DNA from: Azolla caroliniana | Lineage: Eukaryota > Plantae > Polypodiophyta | Reading direction: 5' to 3' | NCBI GenBank assembly: GCA_043228905.1 | Contig: JBHGNT010000006.1 | Location: 4,402,001-4,466,000, forward strand | Length of the DNA stretch: 64,000 nt | Shown: positions 28,501 to 40,580 of the stretch, one piece after another | Position numbering within the stretch: the first letter of the stretch is position 1 | How the letters are laid out: the number at the start of each line of letters is the position of its first letter | The notes under the pieces: model-generated | Told to the model about the DNA's origin: nothing | The model's input: the letters and a program-made list of their open reading frames with translations, nothing else | Databases searched by the model: none | Program-made: the position numbers and the translations under genes

Positions 28501-31500
28501 GGTTCCATAGATAATACGATCTGACCTTTTAGGACAATAATAAAATCCACCTCTGTCTCTCACTGATAGACTTGACTTTCCTGCTTTATTTGGTCAGTAT
28601 CCATGTTAATAATATCAAGATTTAGAAATCTTGGCCTTACATAATCCATGATAATGGCAAATCTGCATGATAAGGATTAATGATATTGAATTGATAAAGC
28701 ATTAACAGCTTCACACTGAGGTCAATTATGATAAATCACTCCCTAATCACGTGGGTCTTTAATTTATCATGTTAATCTCTAATCACGTGGTAACTGCACT
28801 AAATCAATCCATAATTGTATGCCTAACGATAGCTAGATTTGTTTTATTTGTATGCCTAATGTGGCAAAGCACAGAAAACACTTAAGACTACCACAGATGT
28901 TAAATCATTAGACAGAATGAGTTAAATTAGGGATGAGTTTCTTGCCCAGGCATATGACTGTTATTTTCAAAGACCATACGTTTTGAATATGTGAGAATTT
29001 GTTCCTATTATTATTATTATTCATATTGGATACAAGAAAACAGTCCAAGTAATTAATTCAGAAGTACCTCTACGTTCTCTGTTTCAGATATTCCATTTTC
29101 AGCAGGTCTTGGGTGTCTCATGTATCTTTCGATTATCTTTTCCATACTATTTCGAAAGAAAAGAAATGATGTTAAGAGAACCCACGTTCTGTTTTTTAAA
29201 AATAAATACGCAACATTATACATTTAATTTACTTCTGAAAAAAATCTACACTCATTTTTATGATAATATGTTAGTATACTATATTATATATATAGACAAT
29301 GAATATTAGCATTGAATCTACAATTAATCTATAATGAATATTTGTGTTCCAGAAATGGAATTTCACAACACATTTACTGCATGTTATGTTGCCAAAGTGT
29401 TTGGTGATAGCATTGCATTAGGCATTATGTGAGAGACCTCAACTTTTGTTCCCACCTATAATTGCTTATGCATTAGAGATAGAGAGCCTATCTTATTGAA
29501 AAAGTCTACAATACAATAAATCTATCTCTTTGGAGAGATGGATATAAATGCACAGGTTTCCGATAAATTGCAGATTTGTGCATCGTAAGGAGGAAAAACC
29601 ATTGAGATTTTTAACTGGAAGAAAGTCCAAGGAACAAAGAGGGAGGGATGATCGTAGAGTTGAATGGTTTGACAAGGAATAAGTAGGTAACATTGTATAT
29701 TTTCACACCATAGTAGCATTCTGCATTATAGTTATCGCAACACTTCATATCATAGCTATGCATCATAGCTAGGTGCGAAGCAAGCAAGGACTAGAGGTAT
29801 TAAATATAGTGGAGGTCCCAATGCTATGCCATTCCCGTTTGGCCGCTAGTCTTTGGATAAAACCCATCTTACGCTCTTGTTTCTTGTTTTTTTCCTTTGG
29901 CAATTCAATTGAATTTCTATCTTCAGCCCTGATAGCCAGCAAGTTAGGTGATGCCGGTCAATGAAGATACCTACAACTATTATCACATTGGTAGCTCATT
30001 TACAACATGCTCGCTCAGATCATTTACAAATGTTAGATTTAAGATGGGTTTAATAGTGGCACAAAAATGTCTTCTTGGTTGGACATCAAGTTTTGCAGAC
30101 CAATGCTCTATCTGATGGCACTAAAAACACTTTGACATCATTGACTTAGAATTCCTCTCCACCCCCTATTTACCCATTTCAACATACTTTTGTATTTCTA
30201 TCGTCTAAAACAGAACCATGGCTGGTTAAGCCACTGTACATCCCGTGCTAAATACATCACAACATCTTGGGTGTAGTGTTAAGCCCTAAAAGCATCACAA
30301 CTGGTGTAGTGGTAAACCAGTGCTTCACAATATCAAGGTTGGTTCAAGTTTTAAAGTATCTAGCAATGTGTTTATTTAATACAATATAAATTATAAAAAG
30401 TCTTCGTAAACTTATAATGCACACCATTATTTCTCTACAGAAGAAAATTTAAGACATTGGCATGAACATGTTGTCATAACATTGAGATTATCTCACAACA
30501 CTAGAGACAAGTGCAAAATGTCCTCACATTATCTACTCTAAATAATCCTTGTTCAGACAGATTACACACTCAAGATTAATAAGAAACACAATTTTAGCAT
30601 TTAATTAGAAATTAAATGAAAGATTACAAAGCTAAGTAGTAAAAGCAAATATGTAATTAGAGTTTGACGTTGCTTAGTAAAAGAAAATTAGAGTTGATAT
30701 TGTTTTAACTTATCATTGTTAACTACTTCTATACACTTTCAAAGAGATAAGAAGAAGTAACTTAAAAGCATTGTCTAAAAAGTTCTAAAGAGATTGTAAT
30801 TATAGTAAAAGTCAGTTTGTAAGCTTTTTGACGCTTCCTCAAGTGGTCTCCAAAGAACTCGATTTTAGGGCCCCCCAAGTTCTCTTCTCTTTTGAGTTAT
30901 AAACTGAACTCTAATCTTCTTAATATTCATGAGACCCAAAACTTAAGCTTAAGTGTTCATCTTGAGTACTTGGGTTAATCATAACTTGTACAAATATTTG
31001 AGCTTTTCATAACTTTCCTTAATAGCATGTGTTAAATGATTAAGAATAATTAAGTGACCCTGGGCTCATTGGTTGTATTTAGGAATTAGGTTTAGATTTT
31101 GTTGGCTCATTCACGTTGGTTGCTCATAAGCTCATAGGCTTACAACTGGTTTGACACCCCTCTCCTACTCATCTCGACAACTATAGAATAAACGTTTTTT
31201 CGATCGTCTTACATCTTGGTTCTAGGATTTTTAGGACTAGCTAGAACAATCTTAAAACTTGTTAGTTGTCTCGATTTGTATTGAAAGAGCATTCGAATGA
31301 CGATGTAATCCTTCTAATTTAATTGTGCTTGGATGACTAACATGTTGAATGCAAGAAAGATCATGGAGAACATTAGGACTCTAAAAGGACTGTTGTACCT
31401 TAAATTTGACATGAAAGAGCTTGGAAAGAGATGGCGTCCTCACATAATCTAAAAGATTGTTGTAAATAGAAAACTAGAGGAAAAGGCCAATTGGGCCGGA

Positions 31501-34500
31501 TTAGTGTGAACCTTCTTAAGTATAAGAAGAATGAACTCAGGGTTTGGAGGGAAGAGGCCATGTTGATCTTTGAATCAGTCATGGTGCAAGTCATCTTTTT
31601 GGAGAACGTAAGTGAGAGAGAGCTCTTGTAACTATGGTGCATCTATTGGTCTTTGAATCAGTTATGGTAGTTATGGTGCAACTCCTCTTTTTGGAGAGTG
31701 TAAGTGAGAAAACCTCTCATAACTATGGTGCATCTATTTTGGTACAGAGTGAATAAGGCTATTTTCAGCACCTTGTATTGATTCTCTGTGCACTCACCAT
31801 TCTAGAGTATCATGTCATTGTATCAACCTTACCACTTCTTTGTTGTAGTCATGCTGTAGAAACCCTATGACAAGTATTGCATCACATAGACATGGATGAT
31901 CGACCCAATCACTTAGTTGACAAGAATATGTGGTATTTACTTAGTTATAGTTACATTGGTTGGCCGTTTTCAAAGATGAGACCATATTTTAGATGTAATC
32001 TCTCCTTCCATCTCATATGCCATTTGGTGTCTTAGAAGACAGTAATCTGCGTGTGTGTATGTGTGTTATATGATATGATTTGGGTTATCACAAAGCACAC
32101 AATTCTTTCTCTCAACACAAATGAGCTCCTAAAAGCGTTAGGATCATACAGATAGCACTGGCATTCATTCAATGTACATAGAAAGTGCCACACAACATGC
32201 TACATCTTGCTTATCACATGTAGAATTCTAATCGGTTACCCTGAGGATCACGCCCTTAACACATCTTCCTATTGCTAAATTTTACATATTCATGCATTAC
32301 CTCAGCGTGCGTTGAGCTCTAGTTGGCTCTCCATTTATAGGACCTTAGAACTCTCTTCTTCCCATGATTGATATAATGGCAAGGAGAGCCGCCAAGTGTC
32401 AATTCTCATTCCTGAACATACGCTGGAACAACTGATTCGTGTATAGTTGATTTTGCCACTCCTCATTTTCACTGAATGCATTATTTCATATGTACCCTTA
32501 TCCATCCTTTCATCAGGTTGCTCGTTTGCTATTGCCAATTAGAAAAAAAAATGTTATTTTGCAGTAAAGCTAAACTATCATTTGCGAGTAGAGTGGTATT
32601 AGTTAACCATGTTCTTTTATATATTCTTTCGTATATTATGTCATGTTGGAGTTTTTCCAAATCATGTATGGGACAGCTACAAAGATTGATCAAGAATAAT
32701 TTGTGAGTTGACAATGAAGGAAGCCATGTGAGGGCAAAGGTTTCTTGGTCCACAATTGTAAGTCATCCTATGAGGGAGGATTAGGAATTTGGTATCCATC
32801 ACAACAATCAAAAGCTTTCCTTGTGAAAATGGTGATTAGGGGATTGTTGTCGGAACCAAAACCATGCAAACAAATGTTGATGTACATATTGCAATGGTTT
32901 GTCTCAAAACTGGTGGAGATTAGAAACCCAATATTCAATGGAGTTTTGTTGAAGACAAACATATTGTTGTTTCTACAAAATGGGAAGACACATTTGCTCG
33001 ATCCGTTATTAATTCATGAAAGGATGTCTCTCTGGATTTAGTTAAACGATCTCTAAATAGAAAAGTTGAATTCTATAGACATTTGGATTTCGATTTGCAC
33101 TAACCATAGGGGACAAACACTTGGAAGTTGTACACAATGTCTGTGGGCAAAAGTATATCCAGAGCAAATACAGTCTATAGGTGCTTGGATGACATTCCTA
33201 TACTCATCAACAAATCAAGAAACATTGGTGTTTAATAAGATAAGGGGTGGAAAGACAATGTTTTCTATGATAAAAGTCATCTTTTCTAATTCTACACATA
33301 AGTGGATATGCTTCTTTACTCCATTGGATTTTTTAATTGGAGTAAGAGTGTGTCACGATACAGTGACGTAAAATACATAGTTGGTGAGGATTGAACCTGC
33401 AACCTCACGTCAGCAAGATATCATGCTCAACCATTTTGATATGAGCATAAAAAGATTCAAGGAGGTTACAAGTATTTACATTGTGAGTTGAAGTACATGC
33501 AATAGAATATTCTAGAACCTTCTAGAGGTATGTGACTAGGGAGTATAACTAGATCAATTACATTATATATAAATCCATGCTCTTATCAAAATGGTTAAAC
33601 ATGATATTTTGTTGACGTGAGGTTATAGGTTCAATCCTTACCAACTATGTATTTTATCTCACTGTATCGTGACAGAGCATAGCGCGTATATTGCGGAAGA
33701 AACTTTTATGACTTTTGATATATATGATAATGGTAGGTTAAATTTCACACACAACTGATTTGCTTTTCTTTGTTTGCAAAAGGAAGTGAGGCTGGTAGCA
33801 AATGATGGATCAAACTAGTTCTTAGATCTGAATCCACAAACGCTGAATCTTTTATGGAGATTTTGGATCATGGAAAGTAGACTAGTATCTAAGTTAACTT
33901 GGGATCCTAGAGAACTTTATTGGAAAGTGTCATTTCGAGATCAAATAAACAAAGTGCCTTTTCAGTATTCTATGAAGATTATATGCTAGGTCATGGAAGG
34001 TACAAGCCGCAAATGTTTTCTGGAAAAGAAATGGACTCTCTCCACAACAACTCAAGCAATTTTGGAAATGGTCGTAGGGCATAAAATGAGTAGGAAAGAT
34101 ATATGTTTTAGATTGTTGTTGATTCACAGAGCTATACCAATTAATAGATGAAGAAATGGGGTGAATGCAAAAAGTATACATCCTTTTTGTATGAATCTAG
34201 TGGAGACTACTAAACATTCTTTATGAAGTTGTGATTTTGCAATGGAAATATGGAAAAGAACATAAAATCTATTAATACCATAATATCCTCGAGGGAGTAT
34301 ACATGGGGGATGGTATTATGGCAGTTGTACAAGGTCAACCAATGCAAAAAGTATGTGTCCTTTTGCATGAATCTACTGGAGACTACTACTAGTAGGCATT
34401 GCATGTGGAGTTGTAATTTTGCTACAGAAATATGGAAAGGAATCTAAACATGATTAATAATAGTATACCCTCCAACAGTGTATATATTTTGGGGAGGTTA

Positions 34501-36633
34501 ATATGGCGGCTGTACAAAGTCAACTAATGTTATATGAACAAGAGGATGTTGCAGTGCTCTTTCTACTAGACATGGTCTGATGCAAAAAACAATTATTGTA
34601 ACCCTGAATCCAAAAATAGAGACTGGTAAACCTGAAAATAGGGGAATTGATAATAGTAGCACTATTTGGAATATTTGGAAGGCTAAATGTGACAAAATGT
34701 GACAAAAAAACCAGCTCAAATATAATTTCTTGGATTCGGCCAAAGATTGTGCATAATCACAAAGGCTCTCTGGATAACTTAAAAGGCAATATGCAATGGG
34801 TAGAGTTACAATGATTGGAGTTTCATGCCATATGGGACAAATAAATATTTTATAGGCAGATTTTGATAAGGCGGAATGGGTTTACTCTACACCGAAATAT
34901 TCATTTAAACCGATAGTCAATGATTGGAGTTCCATGCCAGATGGACAACGAAATATTTTATAGGCCGATTTTTGACAAGGTGGAGTGGGTTCACATTACA
35001 CCGAAGTATTTATTTAAGCCGATAGTCACAACTTAACACGGGGATAGCTAAGGATATCTATATATTCTTAACATTAATGTAGTATCTTTTCTTGAAAAAC
35101 AAATAATAATAATAATAATAACGTTGGAGAGAATTTAAAGATTCCTCCTTTCATTGCTTATCAAGCAGTAATGGCTAATAATAAACCATCATGATCATCA
35201 GAATTTTTATTCATACTTTGGATGCTCCATGGGAATGCCATTTCGAAATGAGTTGGATTTTCCATTCATCAAAAATCAAATTATCATTTACATTAGATAG
35301 CTGATTACAGTTATTTTGGGTAGCTCATCATAGCATAAATACATTTATAAGCAATATTTAGTTATATTTTTCCAAGATTAATACACACACACGTGTGTGT
35401 GCGAGTGTAAAGTATGTGTGTATGTTTGTCCCCAGTAACGGCTAGACTGTTCAGTAAACCTTGATAGATCAATATTGTATATTATGAGTATATCCATAGG
35501 AAAATCTAATCTTCTCGTAAACCATATTCAATGATATCATAAACCACAAAAGATTCATAATTAAGAGAAAAATTATAGCCTCATGATAAGAACGAAAACC
35601 CGAAACAACGGAGCAAACATTAGTTGGAAAACAGACATCTCAACTTTATAACTTTCTATCCCATAAAGATTAAAAAACCTCAGGAAACAGCAAGAACATT
35701 AGTATCTTCTAGTCATCTCAATCGAACAAGAATTAGCATAACTGGGAAACGGTTAATGGAAAAGGTTGGCGTCTGGAAGCATTAAAAAACTTCACATGAG
35801 ACTCTATATATTTGAAATTATATACTTACACATGAAATAGACGAAAAATGAAACAGTGATCAACACTCGGGAGGGAAACAGATGCGAACTTAGTTGACAA
35901 TAGTGATGATAATGATGATGTTTAAAAAACGAAGAAGAGGGAGGTGAAGAAGTGGCATGGATAAGTACCTGGATTTATTACTTGCAAATTCAAAGAGCTT
36001 TCCTGTGGAGGAGAATATTATGATAGCGATGTCAGCATCACAAAGAACGGAAAGCTCGTAAGCTTTTTTCAACAGCCCATTGCGGCGCTTGGAGAAGGTG
36101 ACCTGGCGGCTCGTCGTGTTCTCAATGCGCCGGATCGCAATCTTTCCTCTCCTGCTGTGACTACTATTACTACAGTAGTCACTGTTGTTCAACAGTACAT
36201 TCATATTTTCCATCATGTCGTTCTTATTAGCTATATTCACATGATGATCTGGCTGCACAGTTACTCCATGATCCATTTGGTTATCCTCACCATCATCATC
36301 ATCGCTATGCTGCTGAAGTTCAGTAGTAGTCGTAGTCGTAGATATGTAGTTAAAGCTAGCCGATGAAGTAGCATGTCGATGATGATGCAATATAAATTCT
36401 TCTTTTTCTTTTTCTTTTTCCTTTTCGCCTTCTTCTTCCTTGTCTTCTTCTTCGTCGTCGGCTTGTTCCGCCAGTTCTTGTTCTGCTTCTTCTTGTACAA
36501 ATCTGGCAGTACTTATATTGTTACCCCTATTAAGCGGAAATGAAGGCTTTTTAAGCTTGCGGTGATCATGATGGGTACTGCAATGGCGCCGTTTCTCACG
36601 AGTTATTTCCACATCATTACGGTTATCTTCCAT
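10565..36633 (-). CDS. MIKCc-type MADS-box transcription factor with about 159-aa N-terminal extension; exons 36633-35969, 29146-29068, 26250-26189, 26082-25983, 25863-25822, 24576-24535, 10983-10747, 10576-10565 (about 412 aa)
   Basis: MADS domain [41 protein letters not shown] exon [10 protein letters not shown] exons [56 protein letters not shown] and [14 protein letters not shown]. Canonical 79/62/100/42/42-nt exon sizes, all GT-AG and in phase. C-terminus ETTLQLG(LNN). The last mini-exon and the start codon are less certain. Confidence 0.9.
14544..14786 (+). repeat. About 55-bp-period degenerate tandem repeat with palindromic core GAGGT-N4-ACCTC in the Gypsy 5' leader
   Basis: Cores at about 14544, 14600, 14653, 14709 and 14771 (gaggtcaatacctc and variants). 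Confidence 0.7.
14920..15621. mobile_element. Solo LTR (702 bp) nested in the Gypsy leader, TSD ATTAC
   Basis: Termini TGACAGGAA...TTCCTAACA. ATTAC at 14915-14919 and 15622-15626. Internal CCGG-rich tandem repeats at about 15375-15600. Confidence 0.8.
18218..19014. mobile_element. Solo LTR (797 bp) inserted in Gypsy pol, 4-bp TSD ACGT/GCGT
   Basis: Termini TGTCATG...TATGACA. Removing it plus one TSD copy restores the pol frame (LLKGQTR|KSTKPMVWN). CCGG-rich repeats at about 18880-18960. Confidence 0.8.
22230..23407 (+). mobile_element. Ty1/Copia 3' fragment (RT end, RNase H, LTR remnant), related to the Copia at 51338
   Basis: Translates to [21 protein letters not shown] and [16 protein letters not shown]. 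Nucleotide similarity to 61655-62740. The CT/CA-rich LTR-like end terminates in TTTACA. Ends are approximate. Confidence 0.78.
28743..28790. promoter_or_regulatory. Paired G-boxes within a repeated 12-mer CTAATCACGTGG in MADS intron 2
   Basis: Identical 12-mers at 28743-28754 and 28779-28790, embedded in a TAAT/ATTA-dense region. Function is inferred only. Confidence 0.35.
30292..30352 (+). repeat. Possible degenerate tRNA-derived (SINE-like) head
   Basis: A-box-like TGGTGTAGTGG at 30302-30312 and B-box-like GGTTCAAGT at 30341-30349. No cloverleaf, tail or TSD seen. Confidence 0.3.
31569..31738 (+). repeat. Imperfect direct tandem duplication (about 80-90 bp unit)
   Basis: tttgaatcagt..atggt...ctttttggaga..gtaagtgaga...taactatggtgcatctatt occurs twice. 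Confidence 0.65.
32520..35030 (+). mobile_element. Degenerate L1-clade LINE 3' fragment (post-RT region and zf-RVT-like motif) in MADS intron 1, with internal tandem duplications
   Basis: [19 protein letters not shown] and C..C...ETT..HCMWSC motifs. Resembles the L1 at 40581-42796. Duplications at about 34100-34440 and 34810-35028. Confidence 0.7.
33351..33674. mobile_element. 324-bp foldback (MITE-like) element with 98-bp TIRs, TGTCA...TGACA termini and tRNA-like A/B boxes in both arms; related to the LTR of the 52017 Gypsy
   Basis: Arms 33351-33448 and 33577-33674 are reverse complements (10 mismatches counted by eye). Flanks GAGTG and GAGCA are consistent with a CpG-decayed 5-bp TSD GAGCG. 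Confidence 0.85.
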
Positions 36634-37311
36634 TTTTTCGAGGATATACCGACTTTACGATCAGGAAAGAGAAAAAGAATCGGCGAAAAAGAAGAGAGGG
36701 AATGTGCCGAAAGCTTTAGGGTTAGTTTAATTGCTGGAATCAGGTGAGGGGACGGCTAGGGAAATCAGGAGAAAACGAAGGAGAAGAAGTCTGAAGGAAT
36801 AGGTTCCGAAATCAGGAGAGGAAGAAGAAGAAGAAGAAGAATGTCTGCAGAAGCTACTGAGCCATGGCGAGAGCTTCAGAAGAAAGGGAGAAATGGAAGG
36901 AACGAAGGAACGAAGGAGGAGGAAGAAGAAGTGACGACATAGAAATTAAATTGAAAAAATGAAAAGAAAATTAATAAAAATAATAAAATTGAAAACAAGT
37001 TGGAAAAGTGTTAAAGATAATCAAGACAGGAAAACAAAACAAATTAATAAATTAAGGGGGTGATATTTTTAATTTTCGGGCCAGGGATTAGAGCACGTTC
37101 TTCACCTGTTTCTTCGCGCACCTAAAAACCGCTGTTTTCAACGCGAAAAACAACTCTGGTTTTTTGTCCCCTTCTGCTGGTTTTCCGTACCAAAGTCGCT
37201 CTCAATGTCCGCACAGGGCGCACGCTTTTCAAGTCTGTTATTATTACCCACTATAGTTAGAACCTTACCCATCTTTAGCAGGATATTTGGAGCGGATTCT
37301 GGAGAGTCAGC

Positions 37312-37540
37312 CATAGTACGTATTACGTAATATACTCGAATGCATTGGCAAACATCCTTTTTCATACGAAATCAACGAATGCGTATGTTATGACAACATT
37401 CTTGTATGTTTTTTTGTACACTTTTTACCTTATAATAAATGAATACAAAAGTATGGTATTTACCATACTTCGAGGGTGTTTACCATACTCGAATTATAGG
37501 AATAATCTCGAATGTGAATGCACGTATGGCTCATACTATG
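37312..37540. mobile_element. hAT-type MITE (CATAGTA...TACTATG), about 680 bp upstream of the MADS ATG; same family as 59521-60123
   Basis: Same TIR and a shared subterminal sequence aaaagtatggtattta.cat.cttcgagggtgtttacc..ctcgaat. No clear TSD. Confidence 0.72.
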
Positions 37541-37689
37541 CTTGACACTATTACTCAACCGGATATATGTATCTTCTTACGTACACACATATGTACATAC
37601 ATACATACATACATAATGTATAGCGAATATAGCCTCAAAAGATTAGCACTCAAAAGGTATAACCGGTCAAGTGTGCCAGGTAAAGAAAT

Positions 37690-37930
37690 CTGGATGTTGT
37701 CAATTTGCAAGTGGATATCGAGAAAGCGTTTGATAAGTTCAGTGGAAGGGGTAAAATGCACAAGATGGGTTTTGGCCTGAAAATGTTAAAAGTTATGTAT
37801 TGGTTTTATGAAAAAATAGTCATGTTGGATGGAGAAATTACTAATTCATGGGCATTAGTCAAATTGACTAGACAAGGTGGTCCCATTAGTGCATTGCTAT
37901 ATGCAATTGTAACTCGTCCATTGTTAAGCA
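37690..37930 (+). mobile_element. Short L1-type RT fragment
   Basis: QVDIEKAFDK and RQGGPISALLYAIVTRPL motifs. Confidence 0.6.
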
Positions 37931-39287
37931 TATGCATATAATTCATACATTATATTGTGTCGTGACTCGTGATCCGTGGATCTGCAAACAAACATAAGAA
38001 TCAAACAAAATTTGACTAATTGGAAGATACCAACCTAGCCATTACATGTCACTTTACAAAAGTGCGAGCAATATTGATGGCTTATCTACAATGGTATTTA
38101 TGTTGTATAAATTGGCCAAAATAATGTTGCAAAGAATAATTTCTAAAATGTATGATCGATTTTGGGGTTATAACTAACTTTTATCACAAGCAATGAATGT
38201 TATGCACAACCAAACTTTCTAGTGTACTAAAACTTACTCAACCTATGTTGACAATGGGAGCTAATGTTTAACAAATTCTCTTATGAATTAAGATGTTGGT
38301 TCATTTGTCCGCACATCTTCAATTTCCTACTTTTGGTGTTTGGAAATCACTTATTAGGTTTATGTGTTTGGTACATTTAATGGTTGCAAGAAAGGATATC
38401 CTTTTAGCACAAAATTGGTTGGAGATTGGAAGGTACTTCTATAAAATATTTGTTAGAAAGGTACATATATGCATGTCATCACGAAATATATCTAGCAAGA
38501 ATAATTGAGCAACTAGAGTCTAGAACCATTTACCGTTGTGCCACTTCTAGAGGCATTGAATGAATTTGATACTTGGTAGTTAAAGAGAGGCACCATACGA
38601 TCAAGATGAATGAATTATGGGCTCGTATCATATATAGGGTAGTTCTTTCACCTCCTTGGGTTCAAGGGCATATTTATCCACTCTAGAAAATAACTAATCT
38701 AAGGGATGGTAGAAGGAAACATTTATTAAACTTTAGAAATTAGGTTTGTTTCTTAACTAAGGGAGCTCATTCTCATGGTTCCAATAGGATATCACCTTCA
38801 AAATAGGATATGAATCATTTTTTGAGATGTAATAGAGAATTGGAAACAATTCAAAAACTTGTTGTGAACTTGTCCATCGACAACAACTTTATTTATCAAC
38901 ATAGTATGTTCTTGTATTCTTATTGAAAATTAGTTACTCTAACTTGTTTGTTCTTCTTAAGAGTCAATTTGAGGCTGGTGTGTGGAAACATGTCAAGGTC
39001 TTCCTTTTTGTTGCCAATATGAGCAAGAGTGAGTGTAAACCACCCTTGATTAGCTACTTACATTAGATTAACTACAAAAGCAAACTCTAAACTCACTCTA
39101 CAACGTAATTACTTTCGGTAGCTAACTAATCACTTAACACATGTGAGATGTTACCATGACTTAAGCATACAATAGAAAGAAAAATCACCAACATGACTTC
39201 TCTTCTATTAATACTTGCTTAAAATAAAGACAAGTTTTTATTGATCCAAAGACAAGGCTCTTAGCTTATAATCAGGGAAATGATTAA

Positions 39288-39312
39288 GGGGGGGAGGGGG
39301 GAGGGGGGGGGG
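39288..39312 (+). repeat. Poly-G tract (G-quadruplex-capable)
   Basis: gggggggaggggggagggggggggg in AT-rich intergenic DNA. Confidence 0.75.
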
Positions 39313-40580
39313 AGAAGAAAGAGATATATAATATAATAGTTAATAGACATAATATCATCCATGATGAGACCAAATTTGACATATGGGGCCAAATCAACAT
39401 ATCATGTTGTACGTGACTCCTTCCTGAGGAAGGAGGGTACTATTGTGTAGTAAAAACTCTCTACATGTGAAAATAATGCATTTAAATATGTGCTCACCCT
39501 TCTTGGTGGACATTTGAGTATGACATTTACATTATCACGTGGCATGCCCATGTTACAAGTCATCATATATTGTGTGATAAGTAAGTGATGTTCACCCTCC
39601 AATAGGTTTTAATTGCATATATTTCTTTATATTTTGGTGATGATGTCATGATGCTAACACAAAACCTAATTTGTGTAAGTGAGTTCAAAGAAATGTTTAT
39701 AAGGCTCATGGGGGTTTTGAGATGCAATTGCATATGTTCCGCCATTTGCATCGGGGCTAACATTGGAGGTTAATATTCGCGATTGTAAAATTCCAAACTT
39801 AGCATTTTAGCAACTTCGCACTCTATCCTTAGTGCCTCAACTAATCTATACTTAATGATCACTTTCTTCATAGCATCACTTGAGAGCTCCAATACATCTT
39901 TTGCGCACCATCTCTTAAAACCATTTCATAATGTCAAGCGACCAGCTAGATGAGAGGATTTTTCTCATATTAATTTTTTGTATGGCCAACTTGCATATTT
40001 GAGATGAGCCTTGCATTCTTCATTAAAATAAGCATTGCATGGGATTCATAATCAACTACACTTCATCCTCCCAAGAATATGCCAGTGTGTGTATTAAATC
40101 CCATGTATGAGAACCATAATTTGACATGCATCAAATCCAACACCATTACATTTGATCGACTTTCACATTTTAATAAGTTCAAATTCTAGCATTAAAATCT
40201 CTCACAACCAACATTTTTCCTATCTTCTCATATATAAGAATGTCAACACATACATTGGAAAAATGATCATCATGATCTAGCTCAGACAAATTATAGCAGT
40301 TGGATTTTCTACGAGGAATGTAACAACAAAGGAATACACAATCAAGTGATGATCTAGTATTTGTCCTGTGCTCAATCTAATAAAGGGCAACACTTGAAGG
40401 CTACCTTTGGGCAATGCAATAACCATAGGCTTTTAGCCTTTAGGTAATGCAATATACAACATTCTATGTATCGGGACATCTTTGTAGCTCTTATTTATAG
40501 TATATTATCTATGAGGCACACACCACTACATTCATAGATTTTATGGTCTCCACTATGTGTGTGTTTGACTTTCATGTTTT

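Noticed and set aside
35890-35968. ORF-track C-terminus of the MADS ORF (YLSMPLLHL...)
   Set aside because: Read-through into intron 1. The GT donor at 35968 splices in phase to the I exon.
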